Shown here: positions 1 through 9,179 of the stretch, piece by piece
How the letters are laid out: each line of letters opens with the position of its first letter
Numbering within the stretch: position 1 is the first letter of the stretch
The notes under the pieces: model-generated
Databases searched by the model: none
Told to the model about the DNA's origin: nothing
The model's input: only the letters and a program-made list of their open reading frames with translations
Program-made: the position numbers and the translations under genes
Origin: an uncultured Poribacteria bacterium
GTDB taxonomy: Bacteria > Poribacteria > WGA-4E > WGA-3G
DNA length: 64,000 nucleotides
Direction of reading: 5' to 3'
Assembly: GCA_951812525.1 (NCBI GenBank)
Contig: OX638316.1
Coordinates: 2,472,506-2,536,505, forward strand

Positions 1-83
1 TCTAAATAGACATGCTTTCCGAAGAGTGAGATCACAACGAATACCAGAATTAAACGGAAGAGTGTAATCAGATTCGCAATCAT
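1..83 (-). CDS. 5' fragment of a probable CDP-alcohol phosphatidyltransferase (PgsA-like); runs off the window start
   Basis: ATG at 83 with AGGAG RBS upstream; reads MIANLITLFRLILVFVVISLFGKHVYL, resembling the N-terminal 'NxxTxxR' motif of CDP-alcohol phosphotransferases. Only 27 codons are visible and it is not in the ORF track. Confidence 0.55.
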   Translation of the reverse strand, partial: MIANLITLFRLILVFVVISLFGKHVYL

Positions 84-229
84 GTTTTGCTCCTTTATTG
101 GGTGAGGTCCGTGTGCATCAGTTCTATTTAGATTTAGTGTTCTTCTTTATTTCTCTTTCTTCTTTAAGCGTAACGTAACCATATCACTAAAAACAATGCT
201 AATTTCACGAGTGAAAGGAAACCTATTCT

Positions 230-1834
230 ATGAACGAAAATAGCAAACCTAACATTGTCCTTATTCTGAACGATGATATGGGCTTTTCAGATTTAGGCTG
301 CTACGGCGGCGAAGTCCATACACCGAATCTTGACCGGCTCGCTACTGGTGGACTACGGTTTACACAGTTTTACAATACCGCGCGGTGCTGTCCGTCCCGG
401 GCATCCATGCTGACTGGGCTACATCCCCACCAAACTGGGGTGGGGCACATGATGGACAACGATGGACTTGAAGGTTATCGAGGCGACCTGAATGACCGCT
501 GTATTACTATCGCCGATGCTGTCCGTTCGGAAGGCTACGGCACATATATGAGCGGAAAATGGCATATCTCTCGGCATAGCGGTGCAGACGGTCCCAAACA
601 TAGCTGGCCCTGCCAGCGCGGGTTTGACGAGTATTATGGTATTATTACCGGTGCTGCTAATTTCTGGAAACCCCATACCCTTACCCGCAATAACACACGT
701 ATCCAGCACGATGAACTCCCTGCCGGGTACTTTCTCACGGATGCGATCAGCGATGAAGCAACGACGTTTATTCGGAACCACACTGAAAAAACACCAGAAC
801 GTCCATTCTTCACCTATGTCGCTTACACAGCACCGCACTGGCCCCTGCACGCCCATGAAGAAGATATTGCTCTTTACAATGGACGTTTCGCTGCTGGGTG
901 GGATGAACTACGAGAAGAACGGCTCTCACGGATGCGGGAAATGCAGATTTTAGATGAGACGTGGCAGCTTACGGCACGAGACCCCTCACAGTTACCTTGG
1001 AGCGAAGCAGAATATAAAGAGTGGAATCAGCGTCGCATGGAGGTCTATGCAGCGCAAATCACCCGTATGGACGCAGGCATAGGGCGAATTATCAATACGT
1101 TGGAAGAGACAGGTCAACTCGACAACACGCTCATCCTCTTTTTAGCCGATAATGGCGGCTGCGCGGAGGAACTCGGAGGTCCGCCGGCAGTCCGAGATAG
1201 CGGTTCACTAATTAGTACCCAAACTACTTCCGATGGGCGACCTGTCTATCGCGGCAACGATCCAAGCATCATGCCTGGTCCTGAAACCACCTATCAGAGT
1301 TATGGTGTTCCGTGGGCAAATCTGTCCAATACGCCTTTCCGTGAATACAAGCATTGGGTACATGAAGGCGGTATCTCTACCCCACTGATTGCACATTGGC
1401 CAGAGGCAGTAAAGGCCGCCGGAGAATTGCGACATCAACCGGGACAGCTGCCAGACATTATGGCGACATGCCTTGAAGTTTCAGGCGCAAACTATCCTGA
1501 AGAACACAATGGGAAACCGATTCTGCCGTTAGCAGGAACAAGTTTGGTCCCGATTTTTGATGGAAGGGATAACGGTAAAGAGGTACTTTATTGGGAACAC
1601 GAAGGCAATTGCGCAGTTCGTCAAGATAATTGGAAACTGGTCTGCAAGTTCCCCGGCGATTGGGAGCTTTACGATCTCGCTGCCGAGCGAACAGAGATTA
1701 ACGATCTTGCCCCTAAGCATCCACAAAAGCTCGAAGAACTCTCCGGACTTTATCGAGACTGGGCAGATCGCAGTCTTATCTATCCATGGGACAAGCTCCA
1801 AGAACTCCGCAGACAGCGTCGCCACGAACGTTAG
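230..1834 (+). CDS. Arylsulfatase (formylglycine-dependent, Cys-type)
   Basis: PNIVLILNDDMG start, CCPSRASMLTG (CxPxR) signature, GKWH, YTAPHWPLHA, HEGGISTP; no signal peptide. Confidence 0.95.
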   Translation: MNENSKPNIVLILNDDMGFSDLGCYGGEVHTPNLDRLATGGLRFTQFYNTARCCPSRASMLTGLHPHQTGVGHMMDNDGLEGYRGDLNDRCITIADAVRSEGYGTYMSGKWHISRHSGADGPKHSWPCQRGFDEYYGIITGAANFWKPHTLTRNNTRIQHDELPAGYFLTDAISDEATTFIRNHTEKTPERPFFTYVAYTAPHWPLHAHEEDIALYNGRFAAGWDELREERLSRMREMQILDETWQLTARDPSQLPWSEAEYKEWNQRRMEVYAAQITRMDAGIGRIINTLEETGQLDNTLILFLADNGGCAEELGGPPAVRDSGSLISTQTTSDGRPVYRGNDPSIMPGPETTYQSYGVPWANLSNTPFREYKHWVHEGGISTPLIAHWPEAVKAAGELRHQPGQLPDIMATCLEVSGANYPEEHNGKPILPLAGTSLVPIFDGRDNGKEVLYWEHEGNCAVRQDNWKLVCKFPGDWELYDLAAERTEINDLAPKHPQKLEELSGLYRDWADRSLIYPWDKLQELRRQRRHER

Positions 1835-1841
1835 TTTGTTT

Positions 1842-1863
1842 GGGCGGGACTGAAGTCCCGCCC
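1842..1863. terminator. GC-rich hairpin between convergent genes (terminator or REP-like palindrome)
   Basis: GGGCGGGAC-TGAA-GTCCCGCCC, perfect 9-bp stem in the 36-bp gap between convergent stops. Confidence 0.65.
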
Positions 1864-1870
1864 TTCTCAT

Positions 1871-2965
1871 TTAAGCACACGGAAGCATCTTCAAACAGAC
1901 AGGCATCGGTACTTCTGCTACGTGTCCTGTCGCATTTAATTCGCCGGTTTCCTGATCAATAGCAAATGTCACAACCGTATCTGTCTGTTGATTTGCGGCA
2001 AAGAGGAATGTGCCTTCTGGGTTCAGCCCGAAGTTTCGCGGGGTCTGTCCTTGCGTAGATTCGTAACCGATAGGACTCAGCATTCCGGTCTCCGAATCAA
2101 TCGCGCAAATGGCGATGCTATCATGCCCGCGGTTTGACCCATACAGAAATTTCCCAGACGGATGGACGTGAACATCAGCGCAGTGGCTCCTGCCGTCGAA
2201 ATCGTCGGGAAGCGTAGAAACCGTCTGGAATTCTGTAAGTGTTCCAGCACTCGCGTCATATCGAAAGGCGGTGAAGGTTGAGTCTAGTTCATTAATCACG
2301 TATGCGTACTGTCCATTCGGATGGAAATCGAAGTGGCGGGGTCCCGCACCGGGATGCACGCGCGCCCACGGTTGTGTATTAGGCGTAAGTTTGCCGTTTT
2401 CTGCATCCAACTGGTAAATAAGAACTTTATCGATTCCAAGGTCAGGCGAAAACGCGTAGCGATTACCCGCATCGATCATAATTGAGTGGGCGTGAGGTTC
2501 CATCTGTCTATCTGGATTGATACTGGACCCTTCGTGCTGCACGAAATCAGAGGCTTCACTGAGTCTTCCGTCCGATTCTATTAAAAAAGCAGTAACACTC
2601 CCACCACCATAATTCGCCACGAGCAGGCTTTTACCGGTCGCGTCTACACTCAGATGACATGGAGCACCTCCACCGGTCGCACGTTGGTTCAGGTAGCTGA
2701 TTTCTCCTGTGTCTCGGTGAATGTAGAACGCCGTAACGGCACCGCTGGCTTCACCCTCAAACTCGTTGAGTTCGTTGACAGCAAAGAGGTACTGTCCGCT
2801 CGGATGTATCTCCAAAAACGAGGGATTTTCAACACCTGTTATCTTGCTACTATATTCTAGGGCACCCGTCACGCCATCTAAGCGGTAGACGTAAATTCCC
2901 TCGCTATCTCCGTGCGTGTAAGTGCCAACATAAACGAAATAATCTTGGTTGTTCTGTTGCGCCAT
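1871..2965 (-). CDS. pgl: 6-phosphogluconolactonase / lactonase family beta-propeller
   Basis: YVGTYT start, PCHLS, ANYGGGS, HAHS, PDLGID, GPRH, SNRGHDSI, PRNF motifs. Confidence 0.9.
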   Translation of the reverse strand: MAQQNNQDYFVYVGTYTHGDSEGIYVYRLDGVTGALEYSSKITGVENPSFLEIHPSGQYLFAVNELNEFEGEASGAVTAFYIHRDTGEISYLNQRATGGGAPCHLSVDATGKSLLVANYGGGSVTAFLIESDGRLSEASDFVQHEGSSINPDRQMEPHAHSIMIDAGNRYAFSPDLGIDKVLIYQLDAENGKLTPNTQPWARVHPGAGPRHFDFHPNGQYAYVINELDSTFTAFRYDASAGTLTEFQTVSTLPDDFDGRSHCADVHVHPSGKFLYGSNRGHDSIAICAIDSETGMLSPIGYESTQGQTPRNFGLNPEGTFLFAANQQTDTVVTFAIDQETGELNATGHVAEVPMPVCLKMLPCA

Positions 2966-2979
2966 TATTCATAATCTCC

Positions 2980-4590
2980 TTATGAAACTTTAAAACGAAT
3001 CGTATTTTCTTCGCTTTCATGATAACCGATGCGGATCGCTTTCGCTCGCACGGTGGTTTCGCCTGCTGGTATGCGTAGCGGGTCGGTGTACAATCGCCAA
3101 TGTGCATCATCACCTTGTTCAGTCGTGTAGGCGATTGATGCTCCCTGTGTAGAGCAGTGAAGTTGCAAAACAACAGGAGCCGACCACTCACTATCTTCTA
3201 CTGCCACCGTTGTACCGGGATGTTCAGCATTAATCGGAATAAAAATGGGAACCGCTGTTTCTGGTTGTATACCATCAGGATACCACCGCGCCACCATCTG
3301 TTCTTCGGATATATCCCCCATATCACCGAATTCTGACTGCCACTGCGTCAGCGCGCCGCGCATCCGTGCTAACACATTGTGATGTTCAGGATCTGTTGCC
3401 AAATTGTTAAGTTCATACCGATCGTTTTCGACATCGTAAAGTTCTTCCGCAGGACGCGGAGAGCGGAACATAACCGCTTGATCTCCTTCCAATTCGCCAG
3501 CGGCGTACAACCGCCACATCTCCTGCATGATTGGGTGTCGATTACGATACGGAATCCAGAGCAGATAAGGTTTTTCAGGATAATAATTTCTGATGTATTT
3601 ATACCGTTTGTCACGTACAGCGCGCACCATGTCGTAAGATTCATCGTACCGGTCGCGCGTAGCGAAAATATATTCACGTTCGATCTTCTCTGCTCCGAGG
3701 AAGGGTTGTCCCTGTAGATGTGCCGGTGCCTGCACACCACAAAGCGAAAGCACTGATGGACCGAGATCAATCAGACTTACCAGTTGTTCACTGACACTGC
3801 CGGGAGCGAGAGAATCGGGCCACCGCACAATCAAGGGTATGCGAATACCGGCATCGTAGGGCCACCGTTTTCCGCGTGGAAGTCCTTCGCCATGGTCGCT
3901 CCAGAGAAAGACGATGGTATTCTCTGCAAGTCCGTCTTCTTCTAATTGGTCTAAGAGTTCGCCGACACGGGCATCAGCGCTCATAAGATTATCGTATTGA
4001 CGTGCCAATGCCTGCCGCGCTTTCGGCGTATCCGGTAGATATGGTGGTAACTCCACATCATCAGGATTTGTAGTGGTCGTCAACGGACGATCCTCCCGTT
4101 CCCACATACCACTTTCATGTGTAACACCCGGATTGAAGACCGAAAAGAACGGTTGACCGGCTTCACGATTTCGCCAATGACCGGTGTTATCACATACATC
4201 CCACGCCGTGATCGGTGGCGTAAACTGATAGTCGGTCTTACTATTGTTGGTGCAGTAGTAGCCTGCGCCTCTGAGGTATTCGGTGAAGGTCTTGACGTAG
4301 GGAGGTGGTACTGCAGAATATGGGGTTGGCATGTCTGGTGTGTGCTCGTTCGTGTGCGCTGTCCGCATGTGGTGTGTACCGATTGAGGTCTGATACATGC
4401 CGGTGATGATAGCGGAACGGCTCGGGGCACAGACTCCAGCAGTCGAAAACGCATTCGGGAACCGACACCCACCCGCAGCAAGCCGGTCGATATTAGGCGT
4501 ACGTGCGACTGGGTCTCCGTAACAACCGAAACGCGGAGTTGTATCCTCTACAGAGATCCAAAGGATATTCGGGCGATCTGATGTACTCAT
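2980..4590 (-). CDS. Sulfatase with C-terminal Fn3-associated/chitobiase-like domain
   Basis: RPNILWISVED, VCAPSRSAIITG, SDHG..PRGKRWPYD; C-terminal 'STQGASIAYT...YTDPLRI...VRAKAIRIG'. Confidence 0.9.
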   Translation of the reverse strand: MSTSDRPNILWISVEDTTPRFGCYGDPVARTPNIDRLAAGGCRFPNAFSTAGVCAPSRSAIITGMYQTSIGTHHMRTAHTNEHTPDMPTPYSAVPPPYVKTFTEYLRGAGYYCTNNSKTDYQFTPPITAWDVCDNTGHWRNREAGQPFFSVFNPGVTHESGMWEREDRPLTTTTNPDDVELPPYLPDTPKARQALARQYDNLMSADARVGELLDQLEEDGLAENTIVFLWSDHGEGLPRGKRWPYDAGIRIPLIVRWPDSLAPGSVSEQLVSLIDLGPSVLSLCGVQAPAHLQGQPFLGAEKIEREYIFATRDRYDESYDMVRAVRDKRYKYIRNYYPEKPYLLWIPYRNRHPIMQEMWRLYAAGELEGDQAVMFRSPRPAEELYDVENDRYELNNLATDPEHHNVLARMRGALTQWQSEFGDMGDISEEQMVARWYPDGIQPETAVPIFIPINAEHPGTTVAVEDSEWSAPVVLQLHCSTQGASIAYTTEQGDDAHWRLYTDPLRIPAGETTVRAKAIRIGYHESEENTIRFKVS

Positions 4591-4680
4591 TACAACTTCC
4601 TTTTTTTACTAATGATTGTACGCCAAACAGCGATTTAAGTCAATCTGCTTTTGGGGTATACAAGGTCATTCGGTTCGCTT

Positions 4681-4738
4681 GTAGGAGCGATCTCCCGATC
4701 GCGACTTTCTCTTGTAGGAGGGATCTCCGAATCCTGAC
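4681..4738 (+). repeat. Two tandem GTAG-led REP-like palindromes
   Basis: GTAGGAGCGATCTCCCGATCGCGAC (4681-4705) and GTAGGAGGGATCTCCGAATCCTGAC (4714-4738), both preceded by CTT. Confidence 0.65.
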
Positions 4739-4917
4739 TGAAAATCGCAGATTGGGGAGCTCTGTGGATTCCATGGACATTCAGTTTCAGCGAAAGGGCT
4801 GTATTTTAACAGGTAAATTTACGGATCTTTCACAGAGCATTTTTTGAAGCGTCGGTTTTACAGACTTCTCGGACTTGCATTGCTTTTCTCCGTGAAATGA
4901 CCTATATGCTATTAAAC

Positions 4918-5020
4918 TATGGTAAGTTCTAAAAATAAATGAACATTTCCTCGTCCTGGTAGGCGAAGTTTCCTAACTTCGCCGGTGCAGAGTGTATACG
5001 TAATTCTAAAATTTACCATA
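4918..5020. mobile_element. MITE-like element of about 103 bp with ~20-bp imperfect terminal inverted repeats and an internal GTAG palindrome
   Basis: Left TATGGTAAGTTCTAAAAATA versus reverse complement of right end TATGGTAAATTTTAGAATTA (4 mismatches); internal GTAG-GCGAAGTT-TCCT-AACTTCGC-C at 4959-4983; degenerate partial copy at 12538-12597. Confidence 0.55.
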
Positions 5021-5049
5021 AATGACCGTACTGGAGATTCGTAAAAGCA

Positions 5050-5078
5050 TTGCAAGTACCTCAGGACTGTGATAAAAT
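5050..5078 (+). promoter_or_regulatory. Putative sigma70 promoter for the SIS gene
   Basis: TTGCAA-17 nt-TAAAAT with extended -10 TG. Confidence 0.5.
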
Positions 5079-5198
5079 GGTGTTTACGTTCTGCAACATG
5101 GGCTTACAAATTGTTCTGTCAAGTTTGCATAAAATTTTTTAGTAGGATTTCTTACTAAATCTCACAACCAAGCGAGCGAGGCTACAGCACATAACATT

Positions 5199-5966
5199 AT
5201 GGGCACTTCTTATCTACGTTATCTACACGCCGCACAAGATGTTCTGAAACAAATTGAATCGACACAAACTGATGCAATCGCACATGCCTCCGAGATGTGC
5301 GCAGAAACAATAGCAGCAGATGGACTTGTCTATCTATTCGGTTCTGGGCATTCCCGTATGGCTGTTGAAGAAATTTTCCCACGTTACGGCAGTTTTCCAG
5401 GCTTCTTTCCTATTGTTGAGTTAGCCGTTACCTTTCACAATCAAGTTGTCGGTTGCAACGGTCAACGCCAAGCGCTCTTTTTAGAAAACGTTTCAGGCTA
5501 TGCAGAAGTGATCTTACGCAACTTCACCTTCGGTCCCCACGACTGTATGATAGTGTTTTCCAATTCTGGGACGAATATCCTTCCTGTTGAAATGGCGATG
5601 GGTGCTAAAGCGCACGGTCTTCCACTGATTGCGGTGACCTCTATTGCACACAGCCGCGCATCTACTTCAAAACACACCTCTGGCAAACGTTTGTTTGAGA
5701 TCGCCGACCTCACAATTGACAACTGCAATCCACCGGGCGATGCCGTCGTAGAAATCCCGAATTTAGCGTATCCGGTGGGTCCCACCTCCAGTATCGGCAC
5801 GCTGTCCATTGTGAATGCGATTAAGTGTCAAGTCGCCGAGCTGCTGACGGAACGCGGAAAACCGCCTGTTGTCCTGACCGGTGCCCACTTCCTCGGTCCT
5901 GAAGAATCAGCAAAGCAGATTGAACGGGCTTATGACGATTACAAGGCGCGTGTCCATGGAAGTTAA
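5199..5966 (+). CDS. SIS-domain sugar-phosphate isomerase/binding protein (UPF0309-like)
   Basis: LFGSGHS, FSNSG.N, VGPTSS motifs typical of SIS proteins. Confidence 0.85.
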   Translation: MGTSYLRYLHAAQDVLKQIESTQTDAIAHASEMCAETIAADGLVYLFGSGHSRMAVEEIFPRYGSFPGFFPIVELAVTFHNQVVGCNGQRQALFLENVSGYAEVILRNFTFGPHDCMIVFSNSGTNILPVEMAMGAKAHGLPLIAVTSIAHSRASTSKHTSGKRLFEIADLTIDNCNPPGDAVVEIPNLAYPVGPTSSIGTLSIVNAIKCQVAELLTERGKPPVVLTGAHFLGPEESAKQIERAYDDYKARVHGS

Positions 5967-5984
5967 CGCTACGCAATTTTTCCG

Positions 5985-6013
5985 TTGACATCTCTCGTAC
6001 AAACCTATATACT
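5985..6013 (+). promoter_or_regulatory. sigma70 promoter for the nadD operon
   Basis: TTGACA-17 nt-TATACT, near consensus. Confidence 0.7.
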
Positions 6014-6075
6014 TTAAAAGCAGAACAGAGAAATGCTGGATTTACGAAATCGAGTGGGATCTGTAGGACATTCTG

Positions 6076-6675
6076 ATGCTGAATACTACAAAAAGAATCG
6101 CTGTGATGGGTGGGACATTCAACCCAATCCATTACGCGCACCTGCTAAGCGCAGAACAGGTTCGGACAGGACTCGGCTATGATAGAATCCTGTTTATCCC
6201 TTCTGCTAGACCGCCTCACAAGGTTTCTGATGCTGATATTATCGCACCCGAACATCGGTACCAGATGGTAGTTTTGGCGATCGAAGAAAATCCGCATTTT
6301 GAAGTATCACGTATTGAATTGGATCGGGCGGGTCCGTCATACACTATTGAGACCTTGAAAGCCTTGGAACAACTTTACGGGAACACCAACGAACTGGGAT
6401 GGATTATTGGAGCAGATTCGCTTATTGAATATAAAATCTGGAAGAACTTTGATGAAGTGTTGGCACGATGCGTTATGATCGCAACAACACGTCCGAATTA
6501 CGATCTAAATCGGGTGCCGCCGGAGGTACGCAATGGGGTTACGACGTTTCCGATAACAGGTGTTGATATATCTGCAACAGTAATTCGAGAACGGATCAGG
6601 AAACGGCTTTCAATTCGCTATCTTGTACCAGAAACCGTTCGGTCATACATCCATCACCATGAGTTGTATCAGTAA
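6076..6675 (+). CDS. nadD: Nicotinate-nucleotide adenylyltransferase
   Basis: GGTFNPIHYAH, PPHK, SYTIETL, IIGADS, ISATVIR, I..H.LY end. Confidence 0.93.
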   Translation: MLNTTKRIAVMGGTFNPIHYAHLLSAEQVRTGLGYDRILFIPSARPPHKVSDADIIAPEHRYQMVVLAIEENPHFEVSRIELDRAGPSYTIETLKALEQLYGNTNELGWIIGADSLIEYKIWKNFDEVLARCVMIATTRPNYDLNRVPPEVRNGVTTFPITGVDISATVIRERIRKRLSIRYLVPETVRSYIHHHELYQ

Positions 6676-6717
6676 CCGAAGCCATCGCTTCGGAATAGGC
6701 AATAGGGACATAGAGAT

Positions 6718-6951
6718 ATGCAACACACATGCAGTATATGCGGAACAGTTTACAATTTTGTGTGGAAAGAAGGGACACCTTTACCAAAAAATTTTCCGTT
6801 CTGTAGCGCACGATGTAAGGCAGCAGACTTGACTAAATGGTTAAATGAAGAGTATGCTATCACGACTCCGTTGCCTAACACGATATTGTCGGACACTGAG
6901 CGGGAACTCCTTGCCGAATTGGGTATAGACCTTGATGACGACGGCAGCTAA
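6718..6951 (+). CDS. yacG: DNA gyrase inhibitor YacG-family zinc finger
   Basis: CxxC...FPFCSARCKAADLTKWLNEEY matches YacG (PFCSxRCxxxDLxxW); acidic tail. Confidence 0.8.
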   Translation: MQHTCSICGTVYNFVWKEGTPLPKNFPFCSARCKAADLTKWLNEEYAITTPLPNTILSDTERELLAELGIDLDDDGS

Positions 6952-6972
6952 AACGGTGAAGGTTTACATAAT

Positions 6973-7626
6973 ATGGACTTGCAAGGAACATCTGACAACG
7001 CTCTAAATCTGCAAAATAGTAAGACTGCTTCCACGTTGGCGGTGCTCCGAGCACACCCGAAGTCGACTGAAATTCAGAAGTACCTTTCAGAAAAGTTGAG
7101 TGTGAAACGCCTTCAGCATGTACTCTCCGTCCAAGAGATGGCAGTTGACTTGGCACGTATCCACAAAGCAGATGTATGGCACGCCAGCCTCGCGGCACTT
7201 CTACACGACAGTGCAAAGTGGATGAGCACCGAAAAGTTGTATGCAGAGGTGGAACGTTATGGAATTCGCCTCGATCCGGTTGAGAAATTGAATCCTTCAC
7301 TTTTGCATTCACTCGTCGGCGCAGAACTAGCAATAGAAAAGTTTGGAGTAACCGAGTTTGAGGTCCTCGAAGCGGTTCGCAACCATACGACCGGTCGCCC
7401 ATCAATGGGAATTATTTCACGGGTGCTATACGTCGCAGATTTTGCAGAGCCGATGCGTACGTATGATGAAGCGCATGTTGTCAGGAAGTTTGCATATACA
7501 GAGTTGGAACGGGCAGTACATCACGTTGCTCGCGCAGGGATTGAACGTCTTCTACAAAAAGGAGTAATGATTCATCCAAACACACTTCATACGTATAACG
7601 AGATGTTTGTTAATACTGAAAGTTAA
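6973..7626 (+). CDS. yqeK: HD-domain Ap4A hydrolase YqeK
   Basis: R..H, LLHD.AK, LLH, HTTG, YVADFAEP.R; canonical nadD-yqeK-rsfS context. Confidence 0.88.
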   Translation: MDLQGTSDNALNLQNSKTASTLAVLRAHPKSTEIQKYLSEKLSVKRLQHVLSVQEMAVDLARIHKADVWHASLAALLHDSAKWMSTEKLYAEVERYGIRLDPVEKLNPSLLHSLVGAELAIEKFGVTEFEVLEAVRNHTTGRPSMGIISRVLYVADFAEPMRTYDEAHVVRKFAYTELERAVHHVARAGIERLLQKGVMIHPNTLHTYNEMFVNTES

Positions 7627-7690
7627 ATGAAATGTAAAGACGATGTTCGTGCTTCATCCAATAGCAGCTGAGAGCAGTAAGGAAAATCAA

Positions 7691-8158
7691 ATGGCAGAAA
7701 ACAACACATTAGAAATAGTAAAGGCCGCGGCTTCTGCCGCGATGAGCCGACGGGCACAAAACGGAGTTATCCTCGATCTGCGTGAACTTGATTGTTTTAC
7801 GGACTTTTTTGCAATTTTCAGCGGTGTTTCTGATATTCAGATCGAAGGTATTTCCCAAGCTGTCCTTGAGGAGCTTGAAACGAATTGGGCACAGCGTCCT
7901 TGGCACCAAGAAGGCGAGCGTAAAGCGGATTGGATTCTATTGGACTACGTCGATTTTGTTGTCCATGTCTTCCTTGCCGAGAGACGTTCTTATTATAACC
8001 TTGAGCGTTTGTGGGCTGAGGCGGAGCGCATAGAATTGCCGGAATTGGACATTCCTGGGCATCTGGTGTCTACGTCAGACGACGCAGCGGAGGACGGTGT
8101 GGACCCTGATGGAGCGTTGGTTTTCGGGGATCGTGAGAAAGGTCCGTCTGAGGAGTAA
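7691..8158 (+). CDS. rsfS: Ribosome silencing factor with acidic C-terminal extension
   Basis: EG...WILLDYVDFVVHVF..ERRSYYNLERLW; start moved to ATG 7691 after an AAGGA RBS. Confidence 0.92.
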   Translation: MAENNTLEIVKAAASAAMSRRAQNGVILDLRELDCFTDFFAIFSGVSDIQIEGISQAVLEELETNWAQRPWHQEGERKADWILLDYVDFVVHVFLAERRSYYNLERLWAEAERIELPELDIPGHLVSTSDDAAEDGVDPDGALVFGDREKGPSEE

Positions 8159-8204
8159 ATCGTTCTCTAAATGGGAGGGTTACCGACAAGCGCAAATATA
8201 TGGG

Positions 8205-8939
8205 CTAATCGACGCTTACAAGGAGCACAGTAACGTTATCCGTACCGCCATAATCGAGTGCTGTATTGACAAGGTTATCGCACGCTTCCTCAAGATTGGC
8301 AGCAGACACGATGATGTCGGCGATTTCTTGGTCGTCCACGATTAAGTCGTGCAAGCCATCGGTGCAAGCAACAACAATGTCACCGCGGACAAGCGGATAG
8401 GCATCAGCATTAACAGTGACTGTCGGCCTCAATCCGATCGCTTGTGTAATGATATTCCGTTTCTCGTGAACACGGCCCTCTTCAGGCGTTATTTCGCCTT
8501 GTTCGACCATTTTTTGAACGAAGGAGTCGTCTGTCGTTATCTGTGTGAGTTTTCTATCGCGTAAGACGTAAAGCCGACTATCACCGACGTGGACATAGGC
8601 AAGGTAACTGAAAGTGACAAAACCAGCGATTAGAGTTGTCCCCATGCCGCGGGCTTTACCTCCGTTTTTGGAGAGAGTGTGGATCTGTTGGTTCGCTTCC
8701 TCAGCAAGTTCACTCAAAACGGCAAGCCTCTTCATCGGACCCAAGTCGCTATGTGGGGATGCCTGTGCTTGTCCCCACTCTTGAATAACGTCAAGAGCGA
8801 GCTTGCTTGCTAGATCGCCTCGTTCGTGACCACTCATGCCGTCGGCGATAGCAAACAACTGAAGCTGCCTATCAAAATAGTATAGATCTTCGTTTCTGTC
8901 ACGAAGTCTACCTGTGTCCGTTTTTGCTGCAAATTGCAT
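8205..8939 (-). CDS. PP2C-family Ser/Thr protein phosphatase (Stp1/PrpC-like)
   Basis: TDTGR.RDRNED, IADGMSGH, GMGTT, HVGDSRLY, CTDGL, GGTDNVT. Confidence 0.92.
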   Translation of the reverse strand: MQFAAKTDTGRLRDRNEDLYYFDRQLQLFAIADGMSGHERGDLASKLALDVIQEWGQAQASPHSDLGPMKRLAVLSELAEEANQQIHTLSKNGGKARGMGTTLIAGFVTFSYLAYVHVGDSRLYVLRDRKLTQITTDDSFVQKMVEQGEITPEEGRVHEKRNIITQAIGLRPTVTVNADAYPLVRGDIVVACTDGLHDLIVDDQEIADIIVSAANLEEACDNLVNTALDYGGTDNVTVLLVSVD

Positions 8940-9179
8940 TTTTTCTTATCATCCGCCTGCAATGTAGTCAACAGGACAAAGAGTTATTGTACGTATTTTA
9001 TATTCGGGGAAGGTGCCAAATTCACTTAGCAAAACCGTTAATTTTCCCGTGCATCGATAGTAAAAACGTATAGGATAGGTGTTTGGTTTCAAAATTATGG
9101 CATGACCTGTCATTAATAATATAGAAAACGCAAAATGTGGCAAAGCGTAGGTTTCCAAGACCTTCTCTAAAAAGTTGAT

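Noticed and set aside
4503-4847. 114-aa + strand ORF in the sulfatase upstream region
   Set aside because: Overlaps the sulfatase start and runs through REP-like repeats; no protein features.
8949-9158. 69-aa minus-strand ORF upstream of the PP2C gene
   Set aside because: Lies in an AT-rich divergent promoter region with no RBS or motif support.
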